Below the pieces are notes generated by a model. The model was given only the letters and a program-made list of their open reading frames with translations. It was not told the origin of the DNA and did no database searches. Of a stretch of DNA of 64,000 nucleotides, positions 50,768 to 63,909 are shown piece after piece. The DNA lies in the NCBI RefSeq assembly GCF_001194135.2, contig NC_068987.1:62178770-62242769 (forward strand), read 5' to 3'. Within the stretch, counting starts at the first letter, position 1; each line of letters opens with the position of its first letter. The position numbers and the translations under genes are program-made. This DNA is from Octopus bimaculoides. Its lineage: Eukaryota.

Positions 50768-52188
50768 CTGAAAAATAATAATAGATAGAAAGATCACAGT
50801 AAAAAGATCTTATGAGAGAAAGATCTTATTATGTGAGTAAAACATTAACCTAGTTTTGAGTGTTGTTAATATTTAAACTAAAATCAGCTCTAAGTGGCAA
50901 TCTTGTTTTTTAAGATTATATTATCTAAAGCATCCTTCAAGTATTTAAGGCAGTAAGGAGAAATTTGAAGAAAATTTAGCTGCTACTTTTAGCATGTTGG
51001 GGCATCTCATTGGTTCATAGCCATAGGTATTATAGTTGATGTCAAAAGACTGTTCTCACATCAGCTATCATATGTAGCCCCTATTCAGAATCAGAATATA
51101 GATCTAATGATAACTGGCCAAAACAAACTAGGCAGTCATACCTCAGTAAGCTAATGAAATACTTTTAAAATGCTTCTGACTCCCAGTGTCATAATATTTA
51201 TTTATAACTATACATGCCAAGCAAGCTTGAGTTAAATGTTTTGGCCATGGAAACAGAGTAGCACTGACTTTAGTAAATATACTCTCTAAACACTGTTTAA
51301 TATTCCTCAGACACCCTATTGTCTCAGCTGCAATTCTCATTAAATCTGAGCCATATAAATTAATACTTAAATACATGGACTGAATCACACCCTATAATTA
51401 GTTAAACCAATGTGGTTAACTATTAGATGAATTTATGCCATCAGCCTTTTTTTTTGTTATTTACTCATGAATACTTTCAGTTGATCTAGTAGCTTTTTAT
51501 CTAACCCCTCTTTTGATACCAAACTGCCTAAGGCTGTCTTTGGTTGTATGATACAAACTTCATGTTTTAACCCTTTGAAACAAAGGCAGAGGTTTTTCAA
51601 CAAAAATATAATAACAAAAAGGTTAATCTCTGTAAAGTTACTATGGTGGTAATTAAAAGAAAATGCAACCAGTTTACTTAGCAGAGTATTATCCAATTAC
51701 ATGAATTTTTGGATACGTGGTCGTATGTCAATGTTGTAGAAACAAAATAACCAGGTGAATAAGATATTAAATGACTAACTGATGAGTCTTGAATCCAAAT
51801 CAGCTAAATATATATTTTGTTGCATTTCTAATTATTTACTGAACTGTCAGAAATAGTAGATATTCTGGGAAATGGCTTGGAGTATTGGCCATCCATTATT
51901 AGAGATAAATCTAAGATGGCGAGCAAGTAGAATTGTTAGCATGCCAGGCAAAATACTTAGCAGCATTTCATCTGTCTTTACGTTCTGAGTTCAAATTCAG
52001 CCAAAGGTGATTTGCCTTTCATCATTTTTGGGCTAATAAAATAAGTACCAGTTGAGCACTGGAGTTGATGTAATTGACTTGCCATGTAAGATTAAGCAAT
52101 TGACTATACTTATTGCACAAGTGCAGAGGTTAAAAGTAAACAAATGTGACTAGTATGAACCTAACATTAAAATAATTAATTTACTTAC

Positions 52189-52408
52189 CAAATAAAAGCG
52201 ACTAATTAAGCAGCGAATTAATGGCACTGGAAACACAGCATTTGAATGCAAATTAGTATCGACAACTCCTGGATGAAGAGTATTCACAGTAACACGAAAG
52301 CATTTGGCTGCTTTTAGCCTGCGAGCCAGCTCGTAGGTAGCCATAATCATTGCCAGCTTTGATTGAGAGTATGAAGCATATGGAGAATAACGTGATGGTT
52401 TTGCTCCT
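52189..52408 (-). CDS. DHRSX: DHRSX-like SDR exon with catalytic YxxxK (220 nt)
   Basis: Encodes GAKPSRYSPYASYSQSKLAMIMATYELARRL...VTVNTLHPGVVDTNL...RFYL; canonical splice sites. Confidence 0.93.
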
Positions 52409-52465
52409 CTGAGAAGAAAAAAGAAATTAAAAAGAAAAGTGAAAAACTGGGAGATACATATATTA

Positions 52466-52679
52466 TGAAGAGGTGCTGAAAAGTTCCTAGCTTTGAGAGT
52501 ATTGTGAAAGCCTAGTTGGAGGCCCAACCTTCCAGGTTCTTTTACAGGGCTTAGAAAAACTGAAGGACCATTGCAGTAAGTGTGTAAACCTGAGAGGGAA
52601 TATGTTGAATAAACTAATAATTAACTGATCCTTCTGTATTTTCTTTTACACAAAGCCAGCAAATTTTCAGCACCCCACG
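52466..52679 (+). mobile_element. Mariner-derived MITE with TIRs and TA TSD
   Basis: TA-TGAAGAGGTGCTGAAAAGTTCCTAGCTTTG ... CAAAGCCAGCAAATTTTCAGCACCCCACG-TA; internal remnant LEKLKDHCSKCVNLRGEYVE* resembles a mariner C-terminus. Confidence 0.75.
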
Positions 52680-52958
52680 TATACAGGAATACACAGGTGC
52701 ACACGTGTGCGTGTGTGTGTGTGTAGTTTGAAGTTCATTTCACAACCATGTGGTTTCAGGTTCAGTCCTACTGCATGACATTTTGGTCAAGTGTCTTTTA
52801 CTATAGGCATAGGCTGACCAATGCTTTATGAGTGAATTTAGTTGAACAGAAACTGTACAAAAGAGTAAGAATAGTTTAAAATTACTAAATTAAAGAGGAG
52901 AATAATACAAAACAAAACAAAACCTGAAGACAGTAATAATATAAAGGTGGTGACTTAC

Positions 52959-53166
52959 TTAGAAGTGAAAGTTGACAAGTCTATATTTCCAACACGGTGT
53001 GTTGAAGATGAAACATTTACAATCCTAGCAAATAATTGATTTGTGCCTGACATGTTGAGGACAGGAAGTAGCAAGATACTGAGCAGGAAGTGTCCCATAT
53101 AGTTTACAGCTATGTGCTTCTCTAAACCATCTTCAGTTTTCTTGTAAGGGACATACATGACACCAG
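52959..53166 (-). CDS. DHRSX: DHRSX-like SDR exon (208 nt)
   Basis: Encodes (A)GVMYVPYKKTEDGLEKHIAVNYMGHFLLSILLLPVLNMSGTNQLFARIVNVSSSTHRVGNIDLSTFTS(K). Confidence 0.93.
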
Positions 53167-53627
53167 CTGCAAAAGAGGAGTAATAAGATATGACAATGAT
53201 ACAGTAACATAGATTTCTTTATGCAAGGCAAGGGCCCATTTTCTCAGTATTTTTAGAAGTGAGACCTAGTTGATTAAATCAAGCTTAAAGGAAGGAAATA
53301 CAAAGTTGACTCCAGAGAAAATTGGAACATGAACTGTAAAAGGACGAAATTAAATGTTGTTGCCACTGCTATCATCGTTGTCAGTTTGACATCCATGTTT
53401 CCATGCTTGCATGGGTCAAACAGAATTTGTTGAGGAAGATTTTCTACAGTTAGATACTCCACCCTTCTTGCCCACAACCCTCACCTGTTTTTAAGTGAGG
53501 TAATATTTCTACAGGGCTGGGTTATGATTTCATGGAAGATTGGAAAAGAACACCACTTGTATAACAGTTATGGTTGTTTACAACCATTTCACAATGTCAA
53601 GTCAATGAGACATATCCACCCCCACCC

Positions 53628-53713
<86 letters not shown>

Positions 53714-54061
53714 ACACACACATACATAATGAACTTCTTTCAGTTTCCATCTACCAAATGCACTCATAAGGTTTTGGTTGTCCAGAGCTATAGTAAATGA
53801 CACTCACCCAAGGTGCCATGCCGAAGGCCTGAACCTGAAACCATGTGATTGGGAAGCATAAATACTGTGAGATACATAAACATATATACATAAATAAATA
53901 ATGATAGGCTTCTTTCAATTACTGGGAACAGCAAGGATTGTAAGAAAGGTTTTTGATATCTAAAGAAACTGGTTGTGGTCTGGTATCAAGGACATTGATT
54001 CCAAATGTAAAACATCAGTGTGCACCATGATTAACAACAACAATAATAATAGTAATGCAAA

Positions 54062-54928
54062 AAATGGCATTGGAGGGGCAATGCATACCTTGCGCGCAGA
54101 TAAATTTTTTGGTAAATTATAATGTGGCTTACAATGCGTTACTTATCCATGCTTTTTAATTGACCTGAATTAAACTTTGTAAGTGTTTGACTAAACTTGC
54201 TTATCGAGAAATTTGTAAGTTTGATTTTTTTAACAATTTTTTTTTTAAGTATCATCTTTATAAGTGTTTATACTCTGGTGAAATTAAGAAATCAACTTGT
54301 AAATAAATGAAACTCTCGAATCCATCACTGTACACACTGACGCACACACACACAGTTGCATATGTATGTATGTATGTATGTATGTACGTACGTACCCACA
54401 CGTATCTACATGCATAAGTACACTGTGATCTATACACATGAAAAAAAAAGTGAACGAAATGAAATACTTATAGAAAATATTGCAAAGAATTTGAGAAGTG
54501 CTTTGAATGTCTTTCAATGATGGCAGGTGAATCAAATGTACTGTAGTTCATTTGAGGATATAAATAATATGATCATTTGCTTATTGGGAAATTTGTAAGC
54601 TTGATTTAAAAAAAAAAAAGAATTTATTTTAAGTATCATCTTTATAAGTGTTTATACTCTGGTGAAATTAAGAAATCAACTCGTAAATAAATGAAACCCT
54701 CAAATCCATCGCTGTACACACACACACACACAGTCGCATATCTATGCATGAATTCATGTATGCTTAAAGATAATCAAACCAAATTTTCATCATTTCAAGT
54801 CGCTCACCCAATGAGTATTTGCCAAATTTGGTGAGAATCTGTTCAGCTGTTTTCAAGAAAGTTTGCAAACACACAGACAGAGAAAGACTAGTAATTACAA
54901 AACCCTGCTTTTGCTTATGCACGCAGGG

Positions 54929-54935
<7 letters not shown>
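54062..54935 (-). mobile_element. Helentron-associated interspersed element (HINE/DINE-1-like), apparently complete
   Basis: subTIRs ACCTTGCGCGC (54087-54097) and GCACGCAGGGT (54919-54929). Inner palindrome ACCCTGC (54902-54908) at one end; GCATTG/CAATGC hairpin (54067-54084) next to an A run at the other. Internal repeat with 380-bp period. Confidence 0.65.

Positions 54936-54980
<45 letters not shown>
54932..54980. repeat. (TAA)n microsatellite abutting the HINE end
   Basis: Perfect TAA array. Confidence 0.97.
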
Positions 54981-54981
<1 letters not shown>

Positions 54982-55191
54982 GTTTCAAATTTTGGCACAA
55001 GGTCAGCAATTTTAGGATGATGGTGTTTGTTAGTTACATTGATCCCAGATCTCAAGGTAAAGTCAGAGTTTACCTTGGTAGAGTTTGAACTTAGAATGTA
55101 AAGAGATGGAAGAAATTCTATGCAATAATGATGCTGCCAAAAAAGTGAAAAAGGAAATATCGAAAAAGATCATTGCTTTGAACAAACATAC

Positions 55192-55293
55192 CATTGTTAA
55201 TCAGCATATGAAGAGGAAGCCTACGAGATTTGAACTCATATGCAAATTTGTGAACAGACTTCATTGAGCCAAGGTCAACTTCAAATCCTTCAA
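55192..55293 (-). CDS. DHRSX: DHRSX-like SDR exon (102 nt)
   Basis: Encodes (I)EGFEVDLGSMKSVHKFAYEFKSRRLPLHMLINN(A); forms NNAG with the next exon; GTATGT donor. Confidence 0.93.
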
Positions 55294-56196
55294 CTATAAA
55301 AAAAAGAAAAAGAAAAGTATTTGATTTAAGGAAAAAAAATACTAATGTAGACATATAGTAAAGTTGAGAGTTTGTGACCTCTCACTGTTAAAACACACCA
55401 GTTTTGTTTCAATTAATTTTGAAAATAATAAAGAACTTATTAAAATAACTTTGTAATTATTAATCTGGTGTTTGGAACATAAATTTGCATGAAATGTTGA
55501 TGGAAGGCTATAATTAAGATTAATTTAAAACAGGGAATATGTATCATAGATCTAGAGGCAGTTTCAAGTAGGTTGGTGGCCAAAAAGTAAAGGGTAGTTA
55601 CATAGAGGTCTCATGAAATTTCTTGAAAATATATTTGGATAGGATCGATCTTTCCTCATACATTCTTGTCTATGTTAACTACTTCAGATAGGCATATTGC
55701 ATGCTAAACAAGGCAAGCTAGAGGTTATCCTAGCCACCACAATATTACAAGATGTCTGTGTTCACTCATAGGAATGCCAACTGCTATTACGAAATTTGTC
55801 CATAACAGAATATGAGCTCAGCATTGTGAACTTACATAACATTTATCAAGTACATTAGTGACAAGCTCACTTTAATTCAAAATTATGTCTATTTACAGGT
55901 TGAGAGTTAAATTATATCTGCCAGAAACATAGTTAAGTGTTAGATATCTGGCCGAGGCACATGTGAATTTTTGTCTTGAAATATGAGTGGAAATCTGCAG
56001 TGCAAGTGAGTTTTATATAAGGGACCGCTAGTCAGCTCTGAGCTTGCACACACTCTACCAACAAGGGCAGCCTCTGCTTGCTCAGTTCACATGTTTATCT
56101 CATTGTGGCAGCATTTCTGTTGTGTTTTTCCCAGTGTTTTCTTTTTAGTTTTGGGTGTTTTTTGCTATTATTTTATAATAATTAATAGTGTTAGCC

Positions 56197-58227
56197 ATGG
56201 GTCCTAAAAAGGTTAGTGCAAAAGACTGCTAAGAAGAAAAAGCTGATTATGATAGAATTGAAGAAGGAAACCATTGATTGATGTGAGAGAGGAGTGCATG
56301 TAGTGGGCATAGCACGTCGACCATCTGCACCATCCTGAAGAAAAAGGACATGATCAAGGCTGTTACAATGCACATCTGTCCACAAAGAGATGGAATAATT
56401 GCTTCTCCTGTGGATCAATGAGAAGCAACTTCCAATGGGGTATGATTACGGAGACCATTTGCGAGAAAGCACAAGAGCTGTATGGGGATCTCCTGAAGCA
56501 GAACCCTGGAATATCCTCAGAGTAGATATCAGCAAAAGCATTTAAGGCCAGTTGTGGCTGGTTCAATAATTTCAAGAAGTGAACTGGTGTTCATAATGTC
56601 AGCAGGTATGGAGAAGCAGCGAGTTCTGACACAAAGGCAGCTGAGAATTTCTTGTGTGAGTTCCATCAGCTCATCGCAGCCAAGGGTTACATGGCATAAC
56701 AGGTATTTGACAGTGATGAAACTGGCCTTTTTGGAAAAAAATGCCCAGAAGAACCTACATAACTGCAGAGGAGAAGAAAAAGCCAGGTCACAAGCCTATG
56801 GAAGTTAGGCTAACTCTCATCCTTTGTACCAAAGTGAACGAAGACTTGAAGATTAAGCTGATCCTTGCTTACCATTCTGAAAACTCATGAGTGTTCAAGT
56901 TGTACAAAATCCAGAAGGAGAAGCTGCAGGTCATTACAGCCTGGGTTGCCACGCAATTCTTCTCCAAGTGGGTCAAACTTATCTTTGGACCAGCAGTGAA
57001 AAAGTACCTTCTGGATAATGATATTCCTCTCAAGGTCCTCCTCATCCTCGACAATGCTCCTGCTTACCCTCCTAATTACAAAGATGATACCCTGATAGAT
57101 TTTAAATTTATAAAAGTTCTATACCTTTCACACAACACCATCCCTATCTTGCAGCCCATGGACCAACAGGTGATTTCTAATTTTAAGAAATTGTACACCA
57201 AATATCTGTTTCGTCGGTACTGTGAAGTCATCAAAAATACAAATCTAACCATTCGTGAGTTTTGGAAGGAGCATTACAACATTGCTAACTGTCTGAAAAT
57301 CATTGATGTGGCCTGGCAGGGTGTAATGAGAAGAATGTTGAATTCTGCATGGAGGAAACTGGTCTGATTGCGTATCCAAAAGAGACTTCAAGGTGTTTGA
57401 GTCTGAGACACCTGTAGTCAAGGAGATAGTGTCTCTTGGCAAGTCCATGGGCCTCAAGGTTGACAATGGGGACATTAACAATCTCATCGAGGAACACTCA
57501 GAAGGGTTTATGACAGATGAACTCCTGCAGCTTCAGGAGCAGCAGCATTCAGGTGCAGTGGACAAGATTAGTTCCCCAGTGGAGGACAGTGTAGAGGAGA
57601 AGGCTATCTCTATGAGTGACATAAAGGCAGTATTGACAAAGTGGCAGTATGTTTCTGAATTTGTAGAAAAATATCATTCTGATAAAGTATCTACAGGTCA
57701 TGCGGCTGCTACATTTAATGACACTGCCCTGGCACATTTTGGTAACATTTTGAAAGGAAGGAAAAAGTAGACCTCTCTTGATGTTTCTAATGAAACAACC
57801 TGCAAGTGTGAAAAGTGAAGAAAGTGTGTCCAAAATGCCTAAATTAAGTGAAGTATGAGAGAAAATGCCAGAAATTGTTCTTCCTGAGGTCATAATGGAA
57901 GGAGATTCTCCTTCCAAACAATAATCTTCCTCCTCCCTGATCCAGCATCTTCCTTGCACACAAATTGTCACATCTTTAAGGTAATTAAATTAATAAAACC
58001 ACTTTACATATTTTTTTTGCATTCTCTTTTATTATGATTTTACAATTGTCATTTTCCTAGTAACTGCACCTTTTCTGTTTTAAAACCCATAAAAAATGAT
58101 TTTTTGGTGGTTTTGTGGGCCTGGAACAGATCAATTATATTTTAATTAATTTCAATGAGGAAAATTGATTTGTAAAATGAGCTTGTTCATGGAACAAATT
58201 AAACTCGTACTGCAAGGTATCACTGTA
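56197..58227 (+). mobile_element. Tigger/pogo transposon, near full-length decayed transposase with 3' TIR
   Basis: MGPKKVSAK start; FDSDETGLFW, LLILDNAPAY and LQPMDQQVISNFK DDE motifs; stops and frameshifts; ends ...AAGGTATCACTG-TA (58225-58227). Confidence 0.9.
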
Positions 58228-58299
58228 CAATATTAGATTGAATAAGGCTGCTGACCTTGCTACAGATAGGGACCAGTGACAAGAATAGACAGGCTGCCA

Positions 58300-58528
58300 C
58301 ATTTTCTGTTGAAATACATTGCCTTTGTTTCAGTTAATGTTGAAATTAATGAAGAATTTAGTAAAATAGTATCACAATTACTAAGTTGGTATTTAATAAT
58401 ACCAACTTAGTACCAAAATATAAACATGAAATTTTGATGGAAAGATTTAATCTAATTCAGTTTAAAACAGGAAATTTGTATCAAAGAATTAAAGGTAATC
58501 TCAGGCAGGTTGGTACCAAAAGGGTTAA
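58300..58528. mobile_element. Second piggyBac-type MITE family
   Basis: Ends GGTACCAAAAGGGTTAA. Homologous segments at about 17830-18045 and 55385-55595, and reversed at about 860-1075. Confidence 0.6.
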
Positions 58529-58656
58529 CATTGTGGTGGACTACTTCTAAGAGAAATGGAAATGGGTTCAAAAGAAAAAGAAGGATTTCATTTAAAATCT
58601 TTGATCTTTTAATGTCTCAATTATATTAACAGAAACAAAATAATAGATCTACTTAC

Positions 58657-58725
58657 TAACTGCGTCTGGTTGTTCTTTTTTGATGTCATCAATAGCTTTC
58701 TGAATGTGCTTCTTACAACGGGATG
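58657..58725 (-). CDS. DHRSX: DHRSX-like SDR exon (69 nt); upstream exons with TGxxxGxG are outside the window
   Basis: ctcttcag acceptor; encodes (A)SRCKKHIQKAIDDIKKEQPDAV; GTAAGT donor. The 69/102/208-nt exon series and phases match what I recall for human DHRSX; RDH11-14 paralogy is not formally excluded. Confidence 0.85.
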
Positions 58726-59329
58726 CTGAAGAGATAAATGGTACGTTATCCTGAGACCAAGATAATATTTTATTTGATAACCATGCACATATTTATTCAG
58801 TTTTTATAGAAAATGCATACATTTTGAATAATTCCTCAAAACTTCTGCTCTGCCTCAATACTTCTAGATGTATGTGTGAACTAATTTTTTATTTATAAAT
58901 GTTTTTTTTTCATATTTCCTTCCAGTCTCTCTAGACCAGAAGATAAGGGTTATTGGACAAGCTTGGTGCAGTTAATGTTCAGCTAGGAATATTACAGATT
59001 GGTGGAAAAATATAGGTAGGAAGACAGTTCTAAAAGGTTCCTATTTCAATGTATGTGTGTGTGATCTGGTTTCAGGAGAATGTCATATGGATGGTCTTCC
59101 TGTGGATTTAATTAAGGACATGAGTATGGTTTATTATTTACAATGGCATTAACAATGATAACAATGACAGTGACAATAATAATGATGATGATGAAGGCCA
59201 CCACTGCCGCCGCCACCACCACCACTACCACCAGATGTGTTTCCTAACATTTTCCTAGGTTCATTTTTTTTCATACCAAAGCACTAGAAAGATAGCCATG
59301 CCTATGACAAGACTGAAGGGTCCTTTCAA

Positions 59330-60100
59330 CTTTACATGTCTGTTCACATGCTGACTTCACGACAGAGTATTCTGGATGGATTTATATTGTCAGCAGCAAT
59401 AGTAGACTTGTCATTTATCCTGAAAATACATGTCTCACTACCGAGTAGCATCATATGTATCATGCAATCTAATCTTCACTTTGATGAAAAAAACCCTTTG
59501 TTGCCAGTTCTTATTCTGGCCACTATGCTAATAAGATCTCCTAGGAACCCCCATTGCCAATAAGGTCTCTTAAGTAATAGAAGCTACTGGTTACCATTAG
59601 ACAGCTGCCTGGTTGTTGGATGGTATCTATTTTGCAAGCACTCTGCAGTACTTATTGCCTCTGTGTACCTGCTGCAAATGAAATCTGCCTTCACTATTAT
59701 GCCCACTACACCTTTTGTGCATCCATAGTCTGCACTGGCTATATCATATCATACAGAATTCCTACCAATTTCTTTATTACATATCAAGCAAAGTCAATTT
59801 CCCTGGTTGTTATCAGGGTCTTGTTGTCTTACTTATTCACCAATACTTCAGTCTTCACTAAATCCACTTTGAGCCTCTTCATTCCAGGTTTTGTCTCCAT
59901 GTCTAGAATTACAACAAACTTAGCTTTCATGGACAACCAGGCTTAAACTCTTCAGCTATAGTTTATAGGACAGATATAGGTTGAGGAGTGAGCTCTGGTG
60001 AACCCTCTGCCTTTACCTTGAATTTGGAACAACTATGTTCTTTAACCTATTCATCCTTAGTTATTTCAAGACATTCCCAGTCTCATCATCAGAATGACAT
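59330..60100 (-). mobile_element. Degenerate RTE LINE RT/C-terminal fragment
   Basis: The - strand encodes remnants of GSPELTP..., KPGCPW, RLKVDLVKTEVL, SFYYLRDLIGNGG and MLLGSET. Confidence 0.7.
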
Positions 60101-60394
60101 GATAATAATGGTTTAATGTTCATATGCATTGCTATAGGCAACAAAGAACAATGGGAATGTTTAATAATTGGTAAAATCATCAACGCTGAATTTTAAAATT
60201 ATACAAGGTTTAACCCATTAGTATTTAAACAGGCCATATTCAGCTTCACACTGACCAGATCCAGCTTCTCACACCTACCCTACAATGTCATTCTAAAAAT
60301 AAACAACCATCACTTCAAAATCTCAAAGCTGTAAGATAATACAGGATTAACTTAAGTAACAGTTTCTATAGTTATTCTCATTTTTTTTTTTTTG

Positions 60395-61060
60395 TGGAAT
60401 TCAAACCTGGACGATTGTAGATATTCTCCAAATGTCCAAATCGAGTGTTGGAAACCATTTGCATCAACTTGATTATGTCAGTAGATGAATCATTGCAAGA
60501 ATGTGAGGGAAACAACCCTTTTTTGAAGAGAAAGGTGACAGGGGATGAAAAATGGATTGCCTGTAACAATGTGAAGTAGAAATAATCATAGGGAAAGTGC
60601 AGTGGACCACTACAAGCAACCTCCAAAATAAGACTTCACCCAAAGAAGATTATACTTTCAATTTGGTGGGACTGGAAGGACAGAACCATCTATTTAGATG
60701 TGTACTGTGACCAGCTGGACAAATTAAATGCAGCAATCTACCTGAAGCATTCAGTACTTGCTAATTGTAAGGGTTGTCTTTCAATATGGCAATGCCAAAC
60801 CACACACTACTTTGCAAATACAGTAGCAGTTATCGGGGAAGTTTTGCCAAACCATCCATATTTGTTTTATCTTGTGCCTTCAGATTTCTACCTGCTTCAG
60901 TCCCTTCAAAATTCATTGAACAGACAAACCTTCAGCTATGAAAAGGATGTAAAAATTTACCTGGAAGAGTTTTTCACTAATAAAGACAGGAAATTCCTTT
61001 AGCAGGGAATAATGGATCTGCTCTAATTTTTTGCACAAGGCCAGCAATTTTGAGGAGAGA
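60395..61060 (+). mobile_element. Degenerate mariner (DD34D-type) transposase
   Basis: FLKRKVTGDEKWI, LHPKKIILSIWWDWK, YCDQLDKLNAAI, HPYLFYLVPSDFYLLQSLQNSL...FFTNKDRKF. Confidence 0.88.
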
Positions 61061-62152
61061 AAGCTAATCAAAAGATTATAGATACAAGTCATCAATGGAA
61101 GTATCAAAATTTGTAAAACTTTCCAAAAGTTTAGCATTTAAGTACATATGTGTATGTCTAAACATGGAACTATATGCATGAGAATTACATAAAACACAAG
61201 TCTGCACATGCACTGACTCCAAATATTGCACACATACACACAAACGTACACAAATGCCTTGTTGGTGTTGTTTAAAATTCCAATGAAGAAGCCTTGAATC
61301 TAGGTTAGAAATTGGCTCTTTCTCTATTGGCAAGAAATCTAGAAATAAAACTGAAAAATAACATACATACATCATCATGATGCTGGGATGGGTTGTATGA
61401 TCTGACAGGAGCATGGCTTCTATGGCTGGATACTCTTCCCTTCCTAAAGCCAACCACTTCACAGAGTGGACTGGTTGCTTTCACACAGCATGCATGTATG
61501 CTAGTGTATGTCAGTGTGAATATTTACATTCTGTACTCTCGTGAAAAAGTGCCGAAGAGCTTCAGAATAAAAGAATCATTTAGATACAAAACAATCATAA
61601 GTGACAGGAAGTGCATCCAGCTGTAAAACAATGCCTAAACAATGCACATTCATCTAACCCATACTAGCATACACAAAAACTGAACTGAAATGATTAAAGT
61701 CTAAGAACACATCCAGCAATTCCTCTCAAAGAACAATATCCTCTGACTAACACCAACTAAAACCCTTAGACATTTTGCATATACAAATAAATAACTATTG
61801 CATTATAGTCTCTTAGACAGACATATTTTATAAATAGCTCAACATCCCCCACACTGATGCTGTCTTAATTTCCAGCTCCCACCTGCACTTTCGTTTTTCT
61901 TCCTCTACTTAACTGAGTTAATCCTGCCATTCCCTTTTTACTGCCTAAATCCTCATGCACCTACCACACATTTAGTTTTAATTCTAATTCCCAACATACT
62001 TATATTTATTATTGTATAATCTTCTCAAGTGATTGTGTATATGTATTCACGTGTCTGTTCATGAAATGTCTGATTGTCTGTCTATCTATCTTTATGTATA
62101 AGTGTGCATGTATGCATATGAATTCTTATTTATGCATATGTGTATATACATT

Positions 62153-62197
<45 letters not shown>

Positions 62198-62304
62198 GTG
62201 GTTCAGAGGTTGTCTTCATAACACAGTTTCAGGTTCATACTGTGTGAAACCATCGGCACGTGTCTTCTATTGTAGCCTTGAACTGAACAAAGGTATACCT
62301 TTAT

Positions 62305-62685
62305 TCTTTTACTTGTTTCAGTCATTTGACTGTGGCCATGCTGGAGCACTGCCTTTAGTCGACCAAATCGACCCCAGGACTAATTCTTTGTAAGCCTAGT
62401 ACTTATTCTATCAGTCTCTTTTGCCGAACTGCTAAGTTACGGGGACGTAAACACACCAGCATCGGTTGTCAAGCGATGTTGGGGTGACAAACACAAACAC
62501 ACACATATATATATATGTATACAATGGGCTTTTTCAGTTTCTGTCTACCAAATTCACTTATAAGGCTTTGGCTGGCCTGCGGCTATAGTAGAAGACACTT
62601 GCCCCACCAAGGTGCCATACAGTGGGACTGAACCCGGAACCATGTGGTTGGTAAGCAAGCTATTTACCACACAACCACTCCTGCA
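62305..62685 (-). mobile_element. SINE family B copy
   Basis: Near-identical to 4600-5003. Confidence 0.85.
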
Positions 62686-63909
62686 CCTGTGAGTGAATTT
62701 GGTAGATGTAAACAGTAAGAAGGCTGATGTGTTTGTTGTGAGTGTATGTGTGTAAACATTCACACACACACACACACACACAATTACAGATATGCATGTG
62801 TGAGTGTGTTTCCTTGTTTTGCTTTTAACATTTGCATGTTAATGGTAAATAATGCTACTGTTCATACAAAAACTGTCATTTGTTTGCAATATTCTGTGAA
62901 AACGTGTTCATTTATTGAACTACTCATGTTTGAAGAACAAAAGGAAATATTCCTTTGCTTGGGAACAGGTGAGAGTTGGTAACAGGAAGAGCATCAGGAT
63001 GTAGAAAATTTGTATCAACAAGTTTTGTTTGACCCATGCAAACAGAAAAATAGATGTTGTTGTTGCTGTGATGGTGGTAGCGGTGGTGGTAGTGGTGGTG
63101 GTGGTGGCGATGATAGTCGTGGTATAAAAGGAACTATATATTTTCAATTTACTTTCATATTTTCTGTCTTATGTAAAAAAATAAATGTGGCATCACATTT
63201 CTTTGCATTTAATTCCATTCAGAAGCAAAAAGGTAAAAAAATTATAACTGTATCCATGATGATTGATCAAATGCACAAATATTTACATAGACATGCCTGA
63301 AAGAAAGTAGAAACAAAGTCTTTGCAGATATGTTTCATTTTTTAGACAGATCAGCAAGGAAAATGTAATAGCATTTGCCGACCACATCTGATCATTAAGA
63401 GAAAAGAGTTCCAATAACAGCATCAAATCGGAGATTACTGAAAGAACAAAGTCTATGACAATTGTAATAAAAGACGTAAAATGCTAAATCCCCATGGATT
63501 TTCAGATGTTTGTATTTCCATAGCATTAGAGTCATATACAAGCATATTCTTTTCATGCATCTGTATGTATTTTTCAGGACATAACCTTAAGTGTTCCTCA
63601 TCTGTACTTAATGTCGTTTTCCGACCATACTTCTTTTCATGTAGTTACTGGTTACCAAAATCAAACATTAGTTAATAATAAGTTCACTAATAGATGAGTA
63701 AACATATCTATAGAATAATACAAGTACAAGGAGATATTGGAGCTTGGTGCAGTCTCCTGGCATGTTGGCTTGTGGCAAACCATTCAGCCTATGCCAGCCT
63801 GGAAAACAGATATTAAATGAGGATGACAATGACAATGATGATCACACACACACACACACACACATTTATATCTATCTGTCTGTCTGTCTGTCTATCTATC
63901 TATTTATTT

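Noticed and set aside
51143-51388. 81-aa ORF in the last DHRSX intron
   Set aside because: No motif and no acceptor in a compatible phase identified.
63414-63640. Stop-free frame of about 75 codons on - (LHEKKYGRKTTLSTDEEH...)
   Set aside because: No usable splice sites and no TGxxxGxG, so not the missing DHRSX exon; possibly a transposase HTH remnant.
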